Counted from the first letter of the whole stretch, positions 12,122-24,999 are shown. The stretch: 63,802 nucleotides of DNA, filler included, from Octopus bimaculoides (GCF_001194135.2; 5 parts of 4 records of this genome joined end to end with filler, not necessarily neighbours in it); one strand, 5' to 3'. Translations and numbers: made by a program. Notes: a model not told the origin generated them from the letters alone.

Positions 12122-12905
12122 TAGGAAAGGGAAGAGACAGGCTTGGAAAGGTTGGAAAAATAAAAGCAACAGAAAATTATTTCAGGTAGCCAGAAGGTAA
12201 GCTAGATGACAGATTTATATAGCTAATAGTAAAGCAGAAGGTAATAGATTTGCCACTGCTTTACTGTATGAGTACATGATGTGTTCTGGATTACAAAACT
12301 GTGTTAGAGAGAATGAAGATGCTGTGCATGGATGGCTCACAGTACACTTGTACTTCATAATTCTGAAAAGAAAGAGATGCAAAGTTATTGATAAAAAAGG
12401 CTATTAAATATAGAAAATGTTTGGGAGCAAGATGGTCTTCCCAACATAGACACAAAAGGGGTATCAACTATCCTAGTTGACAGCAATATGATAAGACAGA
12501 GCAATTAGGATTTGAAGGCAGGAAAAGCTCTTTGTTCATCAAGGATTATCACAGATGCTTAAACTATTTGAGGGAGTAGGATATGGATGAATTACCAATG
12601 TAGTGAATTAGATTATACAGTGTACATGAACAACAATGTATAAATGTGTTGAGAGAAAAATTGGGGATAAGGAATATTTGATGTAGTGTGTAAGAGAGAT
12701 GACTACACTGGTGTAATTATGTGCTGAGCATGGAGGTAAACAGCTGTATAAAGAAGTGCCAATCACTTAAAATGGATGCAATGAATAGAAAAGGGAAACC
12801 CAGAAAGATATAGGATGAAGTAATAAAGACTGATATTAAGATGTTGAGTCTCATGGAGATGGCAAAGGACTGTGACAGTTAATGATTCACTGTACTTGAT
12901 GTCAC
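12122..12905 (+). mobile_element. Highly decayed RTE LINE ORF2 remnant
   Basis: Broken translation includes RQAWKGWK...AEGNRFATAL...CVRENED and LREKLGIRNI...LHW...KGKPRK...IKTDIKMLSL, the typical RTE post-endonuclease and C-terminal segments. Confidence 0.7.
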
Positions 12906-13261
12906 AATGAAAGTGAAGCATTATGTTTGTCTATACACTGAACGGCCCTGCCCCTGCATTATGTTTATCTGCACCTAATCTTCTCCCATCAAGCCTTCCC
13001 CACCTCTCATCATCCTAACACCAATCCATTCATCACTCTTCTAACTTGAGAATATTTGAGAAAATATTTACACTATATCTATCATATCAAAATTACATAG
13101 GAACTTTTCATTTAAAATTTCATCCCATAACAAACAAAAGTTTAAACTATGACCCATTTGAATAATGAAAGCTTACATTGACTATGTGGTTGTTGTTAGG
13201 TAATATATTGATTTCATTTAACATATTGAATATAATGCAATAACACAGTATAGATACTCAT

Positions 13262-13669
13262 TTACTCTTTTACTTGTTTCAGTCATTTGACTGCGGCCAT
13301 GCTGGAGCACCACCCTTAGTCAAGTAAATCAACCTCAGGACTTATTCTTTGTAAGCCTAGTACTTATTCTATTGGTCTCTTTTGCTTAACCGCTAAGTTA
13401 CAGGGATGTAAAAACACAACAGCATCGGTTGTCAAGCGATGTTGGGGGACAAACACAGACACACAAACACACATACACATATATATATATACATATACAT
13501 ATATACAACGGGATTCTTTCAGATTCCGTCTACCAAATCCACTCACAAGGCTTTGGTCAGCCCGAGACTATAGTAGAAGACACTTGCCCAAGGTGCCACA
13601 CAGTGGGACTGAACCCGGAACCATATGGTTGGTAATCAAGCTACTTACCACATAGCCACTCCTGTGCCT
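13262..13669 (-). mobile_element. SINE family A, full length
   Basis: Reverse complement of the 6933-7349 copy including head, internal microsatellite and tail. Confidence 0.93.
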
Positions 13670-14929
13670 ATTTGTTTCCACAAAATTTTTCATTTCAGCA
13701 TAATTTGACCAAAATAAATATCCAATTAAAAGGAAGGCTTCAGCCTCTGGTTGAAACCAGTAACAATAAATTAAAACAGAATGGTTGGTAGCAATAGCAT
13801 AACTGCAAAAGGGGAGAAGAGCAACTAAATCAGAGAAAATCAGGACAAAACAACTGAAACAAGCATCTGAATATTTATGTAAGTGTAGAAAATATAATTC
13901 TGTTTGTGGCTAGGATGTCTCAAGCCAAGAGTCATCTACTCTAAAACAAGACACTGAACCAGCTTTCATAGTGTGTGAATATTCAGGTGCCAATTGATAA
14001 CCATCAATAAGTATATATCATTCTGCTAATACATCTCATTTTTTTTTTATTTTTAAATTTTAAATTTTTATTTTGGCTAAAAATGTATAACATATATAGT
14101 TTATAAACATATATAATTTAAAAACATATATAGTTTAAAATCCTTCTGATCCCTATTTAATTAAATTAAACTCTAATTATTTTCTGCTCCAGTTCTTAGA
14201 ACTCTATTGTCCCACTTTAGGGCCTCCCCTCCTCTTCCATCTCTTTGTCTTTTACTGTTCCTACTTGTATTTCTTTCCCAGTGCCATAACACACTTGGGT
14301 CAGACTCTAGACAATTGTCTAGTTATCTATTTTATAGATCTTTTCACTTTAAGTTGTTGCAGACTAATGCCACCATGTAGTCAAATACATCGTCTTTGAT
14401 TGGACAAATTTTGGTAACAATGGTTCTGCCTGTACTGGGCAACACACCACCTACATACAACTAGATAAACCATTTTGCTATATACAGCATTGCCCACTGA
14501 ATCTACTTCTCCCTCTTCCTTTTTCTTCTCCTACCTTCTTCTTCTTCCTTTACTTCTCCTTCTTTCGATTCTTATCCTTCTTCCTCTTCCCCTCCTTCTA
14601 CTTCCCTTTCGTCTTCTATTCATTTTCCTCTCCCTTCTATCATTATACATATCCACCCTCTTGATTCCCCCCACGCACATAATATCTTCCCTACACATTC
14701 ATCCTGCATACACATTTTTAATTTATTTTTAATTTCCTCCTGATATTTTCCTAACAACAAGCTCTGATGCAAATCTGAAGAGGTGCTTCTCCAGTGTCTA
14801 AAACTACAAATATTACATGATTTTTCTTTTGGAATTTTCACATAAACTGGTGTTGCAAATGGAGAAAGTAATGAAATATTTGTAACTTATAATTAAAGAT
14901 GTGTTTAGGAATTTCATTTGTCTTCTTCT

Positions 14930-15102
14930 TTTCATTGGATTACTTACTGCTTGCCAAACCATATGATGGTATAATTGTTGTGAAGCTTGGATTTTCTACA
15001 CCAGAAGTACTCCAGTTTTGGCTTGGATCCCGATAGTGTTGATAGCCCAGTGTTCGGGTTGAGTGCTTCTCTGGAAATACCTAAACTGACCTTAGCCATT
15101 GG

Positions 15103-15153
<51 letters not shown>

Positions 15154-15520
15154 GGAATGGATTTCTTTGAGGTGGGGTGCCTGAACTCACTAGCCGATGA
15201 ATTCGTAAGTGCCTTTTCTTCTCGTTGGTTTTTGGTGTCGCATGGCCAGAAATTACCGTGAATTTTTTTAGAGACACTTTCAAATTTATCAGAATATTGG
15301 GCTGAAGATGCAGAATAGAGTAATCTCTTAACTGCGAAACGTTCGTATCCAATTAACTAAAGGCGGGTTTGTTTTTGCTTTTCACTCTGGTTTTTTGTTC
15401 TATGTGTGCCATAAATATCGCCATCCGTTTAGAGAAAAATTTGTAGTTTAGAATCAGTAGTTCTTTGACTGCTATTTCTAAATTTTCAGTATGTTGGAGA
15501 AGCAACTCAATGCTAATCCC
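14930..15520 (-). mobile_element. Possible Penelope-like RT remnant interrupted by (CT)n(TA)n
   Basis: About 125 minus-strand codons with one stop. PKTNEKKRHLRIHRLVSSGTP loosely resembles the Penelope RT motif PK(T/I)HK...LRPIVSS.GTP. Confidence 0.35.
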
Positions 15521-15888
15521 TGTATATTTATGATTATATATATATATATATATAAAGAATATATAATATACATCATCATCATCATCATCATCATTATGCA
15601 AAAAAGTTTATAGTACAAGAAAATGGAATGAACAGGCTTTAATCCAAATCACCACAATTGTTTATGTGCATTAGCTTCAGTGGTCAGCTTTAAAAAAGCA
15701 TTGCTGGATCACCTATTGTTTCCCATTTTTTTATACCTACATTATATTTTTAGCATTCCCTTGACAAAGAGCAACATATACATTCAAATAGATACAAGTC
15801 ACAAAAAATACCAAAATAAATTAATGGAAATACAACAAAAATGTGAATCATAGAAAAAACAGACCAAAATTAATTGATACAAATATAT

Positions 15889-16197
15889 CATCATCATCAT
15901 CATCATCATCGTTTAACGTCCGCTTTCCATGCTACCATGGGTTGGACAAATTGACTGAGGACTGGTGAACCAGATGGCTACACCAGGCTCCAATCTGATT
16001 TGGCAAAGTTTCTACAGCTGGATGCCCTTCCTAACGCCAACCACTCCGAGAGTGTAGTGGGTGCTTTTATGTGCCACCGGCACAAAGGCCAGTCAGGTGG
16101 TACTGGCAACGGCCATGCTCGAAATGGTGTATTTTACGTGCCACCTGCACAGGAGCCAGTCCATCAACACTGGCAACGATCTCACTCGAATGTCTTT
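15889..16197 (-). mobile_element. 3' end of RTE-type retroposon
   Basis: (CAT)n then CGTTTAACGTCCGCTTTCCATGC...; near-identical to the reverse complement of 10581-10795; runs into the gap. Confidence 0.82.
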
Positions 16198-16297
16198 NNN
16201 NNNNNNNNNNNNNNNNNNNNNNNNNNNNNNNNNNNNNNNNNTTAATTAATTAANNNNNNNNNNNNNNNNNNNNNNNNNNNNNNNNNNNNNNNNNNNN
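16198..16297. other. Assembly join spacer 44N-TTAATTAATTAA-44N
   Basis: Exactly 100 bp; identical construct at 37740, 59144 and 62205. Confidence 0.95.
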
Positions 16298-17544
16298 GAC
16301 AAATGGTAAGAATTTGTTAAATCCGAAACCTGGTTCCTGTTTAATAATGATTTTTTTAGGTGATTTTAAATGTCTTGCCCGCTCACGTTTTTGGTATGCT
16401 GCTATATTTCATGTTGAAAACTTTTTAGGTCTTAATAGACACAAAATGTGATCTATTTCTAGCGCATTAATTGTCCACGTTAGTGGTCGACGTTATTTTT
16501 AAAATGTACCTTAATCCCCTGAGATTGCAGATAATATTTATGAATCTCTTTGATTCTTTAAATGTGCTGGCCCCCTGATAATTAATCGATATTAATTAAT
16601 ATATTAATATATGACTAATTACCAGATCTTATAATATAATTATATATATATATATATATATATACACTCATAAAAGTAGCCTCTGAGACAGATAGATGCA
16701 TCAATATAAACATTTCTCATTAAATTGATGGATTTTTGGTAGAACGTTAAAATATAAGTAGAATGTAATCACCATATGACATTATGAAGTTAAAATTAAT
16801 GGGAACTTAAAGATAATGGTTATTCAATCAGTACTGAATTAATGAGAGAATATATGCCAAATATTTAACACTTTTGGGTCAACATTTAAAGGAAAAAAGT
16901 TGGGAGGGATAAATTCAAGAAGAATTGTGATTTTGAGAAAGAAGGATTGTTCAAACTGTTTAGAACAGGATCTGGAAGTGAGATATTATAGGTTTAATGG
17001 TTGAGAATAATGGGATGATGTCAGTGGGCTTTAGTGATGGTACACATCTTATTTGTTCAGATAAACAGAGAAAATTGTAACAGTGGTAGAAAAGAAAGAA
17101 GGAATGAACAGAACTTGGCTGTGAACATATGTTGGTGTATTGAGGAATAACTCTTTGAGAATTAGATGAATTATCTTCTTCTAAATGCAGTCTAAGACGT
17201 TTGTAATTGTAACAACAACACTGTCTCAGATATATAAGCATTATTATAATTATCGATCTTGAGCTTTGAGAAAATGTACACTTTGGCCAATTTTGACAAA
17301 GTTTTAAGTATGAATTCACCCTAAAAGATCAGCAGGTATTGTGGAAAATGCAAACTTAAAAATGATAAGGAGTGGCTTAACTGGTCGAAATTTCAAAGTC
17401 ACTATCAACCATATACTTGTTTAAGAATAAACTTGTACCTTACAATAGTATAAAGAAACCCATCAGATATAATGTAAAATTGTTTTTATTATGAATAAAC
17501 ATAAAAACTAACATTAGCATATATATATATATATATTACCGAAC

Positions 17545-17775
17545 AACAACACAGATAATTTGTTTATAGTGATCAAATGTTTGTGGACACATAAGCTCAC
17601 TCCCTCCATTAAATCAATATTACCTGTACAGGTGCACTGTGTGCCACATGTCAGATGACGAAATGATGGCAGAGGAATGTGAAATGAAGTGCTTTACTCA
17701 AGAACACAATACATTGCCAAGTCTGGGAATTGAACCCACGATCTTGCAATTGTGAGTACAACACCCTAACCACTT
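17545..17775 (-). mobile_element. SINE family D (tRNA head, CORE-like TTCTTGAGCA box)
   Basis: Reverse complement reads AGTGGTTAGGGTGTTGTACTCACAATTGCAAGATCGTGGGTTCAATTCCC; related copies at 34698, 49543 and 62819. Confidence 0.75.
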
Positions 17776-17935
17776 CAAACTCCCAAAAGACAAAAACGCC
17801 TCAAACAACAAGTCGTGTGTGTGTACATATATGTTAACACACCCTTGCATGAAATAAAGAACTAGCCATGTACTGGAGGGACGGGGATGATGCAGTTGAC
17901 TTGACCCCACTCCCACTGAAATTACTTGCATTGTA

Positions 17936-17970
<35 letters not shown>

Positions 17971-17980
17971 NNNNNNNNNN

Positions 17981-18018
<38 letters not shown>

Positions 18019-18687
18019 CATACACACACGTACACAGAAGTGCAAACATGGGCATGTGATTAAGAAGTTTACTTCCCACTGCATATCACCTTGAGCAAAG
18101 CAAGTGTCTTCTGCATTAGCACTGGATCTACCAAATTTTTATGAGTTAATTTGGTAGAAATAAGCCTTTTGTTTGTGTGTGTTTGTCTGTCTGTCTGTGT
18201 GTTTACATTCTCACTTCTCTAAAATTCACTGAGCAACAAGTACTCGTGTTGTCATCATTTTCCTTATCAACAAATCATCTTCTGGTTTTGAGGCTCCAAT
18301 GACATGGAATAAAAAATTCCTTACTTGAAAAACAGATGAAGATTGTCAAGAGAACGGGCATCTGACTGTAAAGCAATGATGCAATGATATGATCATCTAA
18401 GTCATGCTAACATAGAAAACAGACATAAAATTGAATAAATGTGATTTGCAGTTTGTATTATTCCATTTTGTAGAAGTTAGCAGACATGGCAATGTGAATT
18501 CTTTTTTAATAGTGTGGTTTGAGAAGATAGCATATGTAGATATTAGATCTTCAAATTTAAGTTATTTCAAAATTTCTAGATATATATCAATTAACTTCTT
18601 GAAATTAAGTCACTTATTTAAGCAAGCCATCATTTTCTATGAATGAATTAAATTAATTTTCTTCGTAATAATTCTTTTTTTTTCCAG

Positions 18688-18740
18688 CCAATGAAAAAAT
18701 TTTTGTTCACCATAATCTGGATCTTTCATGAATTAATTAT
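18688..18740 (+). CDS. CACNA2D: alpha2/delta-like calcium channel subunit, exon (phase 0 to 2): PMKKFLFTIIWIFHELI(M)
   Basis: Acceptor TTCTTTTTTTTTCCAG| and donor |GTAAGT; 53 nt. With the next exon it gives WIFHELIMFITEWSF, matching the hydrophobic end of vertebrate alpha2 (alpha2delta-4-type W..ELVLFLLEWS). Confidence 0.8.
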
Positions 18741-18877
18741 GTAAGTTTTTATGTTACACTTTATTTCATGAGAAAATTAAAATACTTTGTTGTTATTTAT
18801 GTAAACTGTCTATTATTTAAACCTGTATTGAATGTGTGTGTACGTGGGGGGGGGCTGTGTGTGTGTGTGTGTGTATG

Positions 18878-19130
18878 TACTGGTACTCCAACGGTTACAA
18901 GGATGAGTGTTCCCGTAGATCCTATCAATGGAACAACCTGCTCATGAAATAAACGTGCAAGTTGCAAAGCACTCCAGAGATACACCTACCTTTAATATAG
19001 TTCTCAGGGAAATTCAGCATGATACAGAATGTGACAAGGTTGGCCCTTTGATATGAAGATACAACTCATTTTTGCCAGCTGAGTGGACTGGAGCAATAGG
19101 AAATAAAGTGTCTTGCTCAAGCACACAATG
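18878..19130 (-). mobile_element. SINE with family D-like body and family C-like 3' tail
   Basis: Reverse complement contains CTTGAGCAAGACACTTTATTTC...CCAGTCCACTCAGCTGGCAAAAATGAGTTG...CAAAGGGCCAACCTTGTCAC and the tail shared with 59395-59762. Confidence 0.7.
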
Positions 19131-19152
19131 CACTACAATATATGTATGTATG

Positions 19153-19231
<79 letters not shown>

Positions 19232-19317
19232 TTAGGGTGAACCTGCAGCAGAATAGTCTTCCAATTAGGGGAAGCTTTGGCCTGCTTGCCTAGCCAATAA
19301 GGTGGCATCATTTAAAA

Positions 19318-19369
19318 GCTAAAACAATGCAAAGTGCATTGCAGCTAAAACAATGCAAAGTGCATTGCA
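19318..19369. repeat. Perfect 26-bp direct duplication
   Basis: GCTAAAACAATGCAAAGTGCATTGCA twice; each unit carries a CAATGCA-AAG-TGCATTG hairpin; lies within a dispersed-repeat remnant. Confidence 0.9.
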
Positions 19370-19868
19370 ACCAGTGATGTATAACAATATCTGATAATCT
19401 GGTCAATCACATCAGGACCTGTCTCTCATGTCAGTTCATAATGTCTGCTATCCTGGTTTTCTTGCTTGAGAGGAGATAACCACTCTGAAGTACATACATC
19501 CAGTAGTCTGGTCAGGGACCACTGTGAACTGATTCAGTGTGTTTACACCTTTCTGTCTACAATAAGAAATTTTCTCCCTGACAAAAAACAGTGAATAGCT
19601 TTCTTAGAAATGTGAATACACCTCAAGCATACTTGAACTGATAACAAGTTTGTATTTATACACATTAGTGTTTAGCACTGTCACCCTCTGTGTGTGTGTG
19701 TGTGTGTGTATACATGAGGAATCAATGCTAGATGTATCAAAACAATTGTTGTGATAAATAACGAATTCTCATATATTCCATCTTCCATTTGCTATATATC
19801 ATCATCATCATCATACACATTCATATGCATATATACACAAAAACACTCGCATTTATATGCATGTAGTA

Positions 19869-19907
<39 letters not shown>

Positions 19908-20227
19908 NNNNNNNNNNNNNNNNNNNNNNNNNNNNNNNNNNNNNNNNNNNNNNNNNNNNNNNNNNNNNNNNNNNNNNNNNNNNNNNNNNNNNNNNNNNNN
20001 NNNNNNNNNNNNNNNNNNNNNNNNNNNNNNNNNNNNNNNNNNNNNNNNNNNNNNNNNNNNNNNNNNNNNNNNNNNNNNNNNNNNNNNNNNNNNNNNNNNN
20101 NNNNNNNNNNNNNNNNNNNNNNNNNNNNNNNNNNNNNNNNNNNNNNNNNNNNNNNNNNNNNNNNNNNNNNNNNNNNNNNNNNNNNNNNNNNNNNNNNNNN
20201 NNNNNNNNNNNNNNNNNNNNNNNNNNN

Positions 20228-20269
<42 letters not shown>

Positions 20270-20691
20270 TGTGTGTCATATAAGCTGAGTAAAAGAATTA
20301 GTATCAAAAAGGACATCAAACTGTAAATTTCTGCATCAAATGTAAAAACAGTGATGGTGGCAGCAGTGGTATAAACACACACACATGCACACATACATAC
20401 ATCAGACAGACATATGCACATACATGCATGTATGCATACATGTATACATACGCAAGCACATATATATACATACACATACATACATGCATACATACATACA
20501 TACATACATACATACATACATCAGACAGACATATGTACATGCATGCATACATGCATGTATGCATACATATATACATACACATGCACATATACATACATAC
20601 ACAATAGTTAGTTGTCAAAATAATATTGTCTGGAATTTATTTCTTCTTTTGTTTATTTAATTCTTTGTTCCTTTGTCTCTTTTCATTGTAG

Positions 20692-20747
20692 GTTTATTAC
20701 AGAATGGAGCTTTGCCAACTGGATAAGTAAAAGTAGCAGAGTTTCTG
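20692..20747 (+). CDS. CACNA2D: alpha2/delta-like subunit exon (phase 2 to 1): FITEWSFANWISKSSRVS(G)
   Basis: Long pyrimidine tract ending TTCATTGTAG| and donor |GTAAGG; 56 nt; phases fit both neighbours; region just before the alpha2/delta cleavage site by homology. Confidence 0.82.
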
Positions 20748-21185
20748 GTAAGGGGTTCCTTCATTTGGCCAATACCCATATATGTTTTTGCCTATTATTA
20801 TCTCATTGTTAGATTTAGCCATCATTATCATAACTTGTGATAATGAATGTTCATATTTATTGTTAAAATTATCCCCCCTCCCAACCACATCTCTTTTCCT
20901 TTGTCATTGCTGTTGTTGTTGAGGCTCGGCTTATCACTAGCTGAGCAGATATATGTTCAAAAGCATTTCTGTTGTGACTGTTCTATATATTTGGAAATCT
21001 CTCTATGTACAGAGGGTCAGAATCCTTTCTTTTCTAAGATGGTAGGATGTGAATTGAGGGAGATCTGACTGCTATTTCTTAGAGGCTGATTATAGAGGGT
21101 CCCTTTTTGGCTCATTCCTTCCTTTAGTTCATATCATTGGCAATCCATTATATTGTCAAGTTCCATTATATTTTTATGGTTTTTG

Positions 21186-21219
<34 letters not shown>

Positions 21220-22180
21220 GATGAGATTTATTTGGCAAATTTTCATGCCAAACTAATCACTAAATCATTATTACATTGGGAAGAAATATGATGGCTGTTG
21301 TAACTGTAACTGTAATTTGAACATTGAGTATTAGACTAATTGAAAAATAACCTACTAGGTTCCACAGAAGAAGAAAAGAACTCATAACTCATTTTACTTG
21401 GATGAGGGTTATATTATAACAATCAGCAGAAACAAAACTGTCTGTTAGACAGAAAAAAAGACAAGTGAGAATGCACACATAGAAGGGAAACTGACTTACA
21501 GGGGCATGACAGGTTGAACACCACATTCATGTGCTAAAAGAAGTATTGGTCATCTTATCCTGAACATTGACAGTCTGTCCATCAGTAAGTTACATACTCT
21601 TAACATGAAGCAAAACACATTTTCTCTTGCTATTGTGTTTAAGTATCTTTTCATGTTCAAGCTGACTGTGCTGGTAATTGTATCTTTACTGCATATCCAT
21701 TGTACATTTTATGATAATGTTAACCCTTTGCAATTTTAATAAGGTGGTGGGAATCTTTATAAGAGATGCAATAACTAAGCTCTTATAACCAGAAGCAATC
21801 TATGAGCGTCAAAGTTGAAAAGATTTTTTTTTTCAATGGTAATAAAATTAATTATAGTAAATGTCCTTAATAATCTAATTTAATTCTGCTACTACTGGCA
21901 TCAGTCGGCTCTCTAGATTTCATCTTTTCCACTTGACAAAAGCCTGGTTAAAGATTTCAGACATCTGAATGATATGTCTATAATATTTAAAATACAGTTA
22001 TTTAATTATTTAAAGTACTGTTATTTAATTTATATGTCAATAATGTTTAAAGTACAGTTATTTATTTGAATGAGGAAATCACAATCACTTTAAAAAATCA
22101 TCAAATTCATTATTTTCATAAAGATATTCAATTTATATGCAGTTTCATTTGACCAATATCAATATTACTAACGCAGTTAA

Positions 22181-22590
22181 GGTGGTGAGCTGGCAGACTC
22201 ATTAACACATTGGGTTCGTATTCCACTGAAGTCAACTTTACCTTTCATCCTTTCAGGATCAATAATAATGTACCAGTTGAACACTGGGGTCGATCAAATC
22301 AACTCATCCCCTTCCCCAAAATTGCTGGCCTTCAAACCAAAATTATTAATGCAGATTAGGTGGTGGGCTGGCAGAATTGTTAGCATTCCAAGCAAATTGT
22401 TAGTATTCCAAGCAAATTGTTAGCATTCCATGCTTAGCGGCATTTTGTTCATTTTTATCTTCTGAGTTCAAATTCCACCAGGGCCAACTTTGCCTTTCAT
22501 CCTTTCAAGTATACTAGCTGAACACAGGGATTGATGCTATCAACTTAACTCTTCCCCTAAAACTACTGGCCTTGTGTCAAAATGTGAAAG
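22181..22590 (+). mobile_element. Two tandem SINE family B copies (22181-22345, 22359-22590)
   Basis: GGTGGTGAGCTGGCAGA heads; central CCTTTCATCCTTTC...GTACCAGTTGAACACTGGGGTCGAT, which resembles the Meta/MESC domain; the second copy has a 20-bp internal tandem (TAGCATTCCAAGCAAATTGT). Confidence 0.82.
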
Positions 22591-23232
22591 CAATCTTATT
22601 AATGCAGTTTTCTGTTATAATTTTAAAACTAACAATAAAATATATGATATTTAACACATTTGTATAAGCTTGAATGTGGAAAGATCCTTTGGTAAGGAAA
22701 TTGTTTTGAGAGAAAATGTGTCCTTTTAAACAACATGTGTGAAAACATATAGGTCTATGAATGACACTATTGGATTGTGGGTCACATGTTTCTGCCTTGT
22801 TAAACATCATCAGCTTTGAATACTAAACTCATCATTCACAGCCTTAACTGAACAATAGTTGCAACGTATAAGAAGAGCAAATAGTAAAATTTGCTGGCAT
22901 GTGTAAAGCTTGGCCAAGCTGGAATCAATTAAATAGAGTAATGAAGCAGTGTTGAATGAGATATATGCATGTATCATTCATGTACACTTGAATGTGGAAA
23001 GACCTTTTGCTGCCAAAATACAATGAAATAGAATGAATTGTTGCTGTTGTTCATTTGGCATTGGTGGATGACGATGTATAACAAGGCAGAAATGTATACA
23101 ATCCAATGGTATCATTCCATAATCTAATGACATCAGAATGATGTCATTAGATTGAATGTGTTTTCACAAATGTGAAAGGAGAAAGTTCTTCAACACTATT
23201 TCCACCAAAAAAGCTTTCCCTCATTCAAGCAT

Positions 23233-23390
23233 ACAGGCATGGCTGTGTGGTAAGAAGTTTGCTTCCCAGCCACATAGTTCCTAGTTCAGTCCCACTTCAT
23301 GACACCTTGGGCAAGTGTCTTCTACTATAACCTCAGGCCAACCAAAGCATTGTGAGTGGATTTGGTAGATTGAAACTAAAAGAAGCCTGT

Positions 23391-23425
<35 letters not shown>

Positions 23426-23637
23426 ATGTCTTTGTGTCTGTATTTGTCTCCCCCCACCACTGCCTGACATCTGGTGTTGGTTTGTTTACATCCCTGTAAC
23501 TTAGCAGTTCAGTAAAAGATATTAATAGAATAAGTGCCAGGCTTTAAAAAAAAGGAGAAGTGAGTTTGATTCATTCAACAAAACATCCTTTAAACATTGT
23601 CGCAGTCTATTGACTGAAACAAGTAAAAGATAAAAGA
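23233..23637 (+). mobile_element. SINE family A, full length, CpG-decayed
   Basis: CAGGCATGGCTGTGTGGTAAGAAG head, CCTTGGGCAAGTGTCTTCTAC, internal (TG)n and AAACAAGTAAAAGATAAAAGAT tail. Confidence 0.9.
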
Positions 23638-23913
23638 TGCTAAATCTCTTTGTACGTGCATTTGATTTAATACTGTGCTGTGGGGCTCTCTTTCATGCCA
23701 GCTTGACCGAGCTTTACACACACTAGAAAGTTTTTTGCATGCATTACAATAATGCTGTTGCTGTTGTTATTGTCCAGCCTCTTGTTTTTTGTTCAGGCAA
23801 AGTGTATCTGAGATTTTATCCAATGTGTCCTAACTGATTATAAAACACAAGTTATTTTTTGTTTTGTTTTTGTTATTTTGTTTCTCTTCAAAGTACAGTT
23901 TTAAACACATTAA

Positions 23914-24117
23914 CTCATTGATACCAACCTACCTGAGACTATCTCTGGTTCTATAATACAAACTTTGTGTCTTAAATGACCTAAACTAAAACTTTGCATC
24001 AAAATTTCATGTTGATTTATGTTCCAAACTACAGTTTAATATTGTCAATTATTTTACTTAATTCTTCAGTATTTTGAAAGGCAATTTGTTTCAGCAGAAA
24101 TATAATAACAAAAGAGT
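23914..24117 (+). mobile_element. piggyBac-like MITE
   Basis: TTAA|CTCATTGATACC start and AAAAGAGTTCAA end; same family as 35203-35416. Confidence 0.6.
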
Positions 24118-24249
24118 TCAATCATTTAATCACTAATTTTACTTTTTCTCTTTTAAGAAATATTTATTCACTTTGCTGTTCTTTTTAAGAAATACTTAAG
24201 AAGTTATTGAAGTTATTTGATCCAAAGAATCTATTATGTATTCCTACAG

Positions 24250-24460
24250 GAGAAGAGGATTATCAAAATCCTACAGATTATTCAGATTATTCTGTAGAAC
24301 CACCAATGATTGATGATATAGAGAGAAAACCATGTGAAAAAAGTGTTTCCCTCTTCTTAGCTGACTTCAATGCCGTGCCTTCTGATGGGATTGCTGGATC
24401 CTATAGTTATTCAAACTCATGCAAAATTCAGCGAGAGATGGATTCAACAGCACAACAAAT
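24250..24460 (+). CDS. CACNA2D: alpha2/delta-like subunit exon (phase 1 to 2), start of the delta chain
   Basis: Acceptor TTCCTACAG| and donor |GTAAGT; 211 nt; EEDYQNPTDYSDYSVEPPMIDDIERKPCEKSVSLFLADFNAVPSDGIAGSYSYSNSCKIQREMDSTAQQ. PCEK..LF aligns with the first delta cysteine motif (PCDTEYPAF / SCITEQTQYF). Confidence 0.88.
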
Positions 24461-24687
24461 GTAAGTCACTTATTTCTATTTTGTTATTTTTATTGCTCCG
24501 TTTTTGGGGGGTTTTTTTTTGTTCAATCCACGTATTTTATAGATTACAACTTTACTTCATAAACCATAGAAAAATAATGGGGAAACACAAAACAAAGAAG
24601 ATATTAACTGCACCTAACTACTCCCACTTGTAACTAGCTTTTCACATGCCTACTTCTATCTTTATTCTTCATCTTACAGGTTGCACA

Positions 24688-24739
<52 letters not shown>

Positions 24740-24957
24740 TCAGTTTGCTTGTGTGTTTATATACGTGTATGTTGTGTATGGATGCGTATGTCTTCCAATT
24801 TTTTACTAGATTCCTCAGTCAGAGAAAAAGTAACCATATCATTTTGGCAGACATCTCAAGCACTTTTCAGAGGATTTTTCTATATTCTCCGTGTTTCACA
24901 GACAACGTAAAATTATTGCATTGAATTAAAGAGGAAAGTTTGTACAAATTCTCAATG

Positions 24958-24999
<42 letters not shown>

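Noticed and set aside
15155-15204. Apparent + strand exon MDFFEVGCLNSLADEF ending in GTAAGT
   Set aside because: No similarity to alpha2delta. It lies antisense within a probable Penelope-like remnant and on the other side of an assembly join, so it is likely a chance splice signal.
16242-16253. TTAATTAATTAA as a biological motif
   Set aside because: Always centred in exactly 44 N on each side, four times; an assembly linker.
16880-17330. Minus-strand ORF 16960-17319 as a gene or LINE fragment
   Set aside because: No recognisable motif and no splice support; it cannot be assigned from sequence alone.
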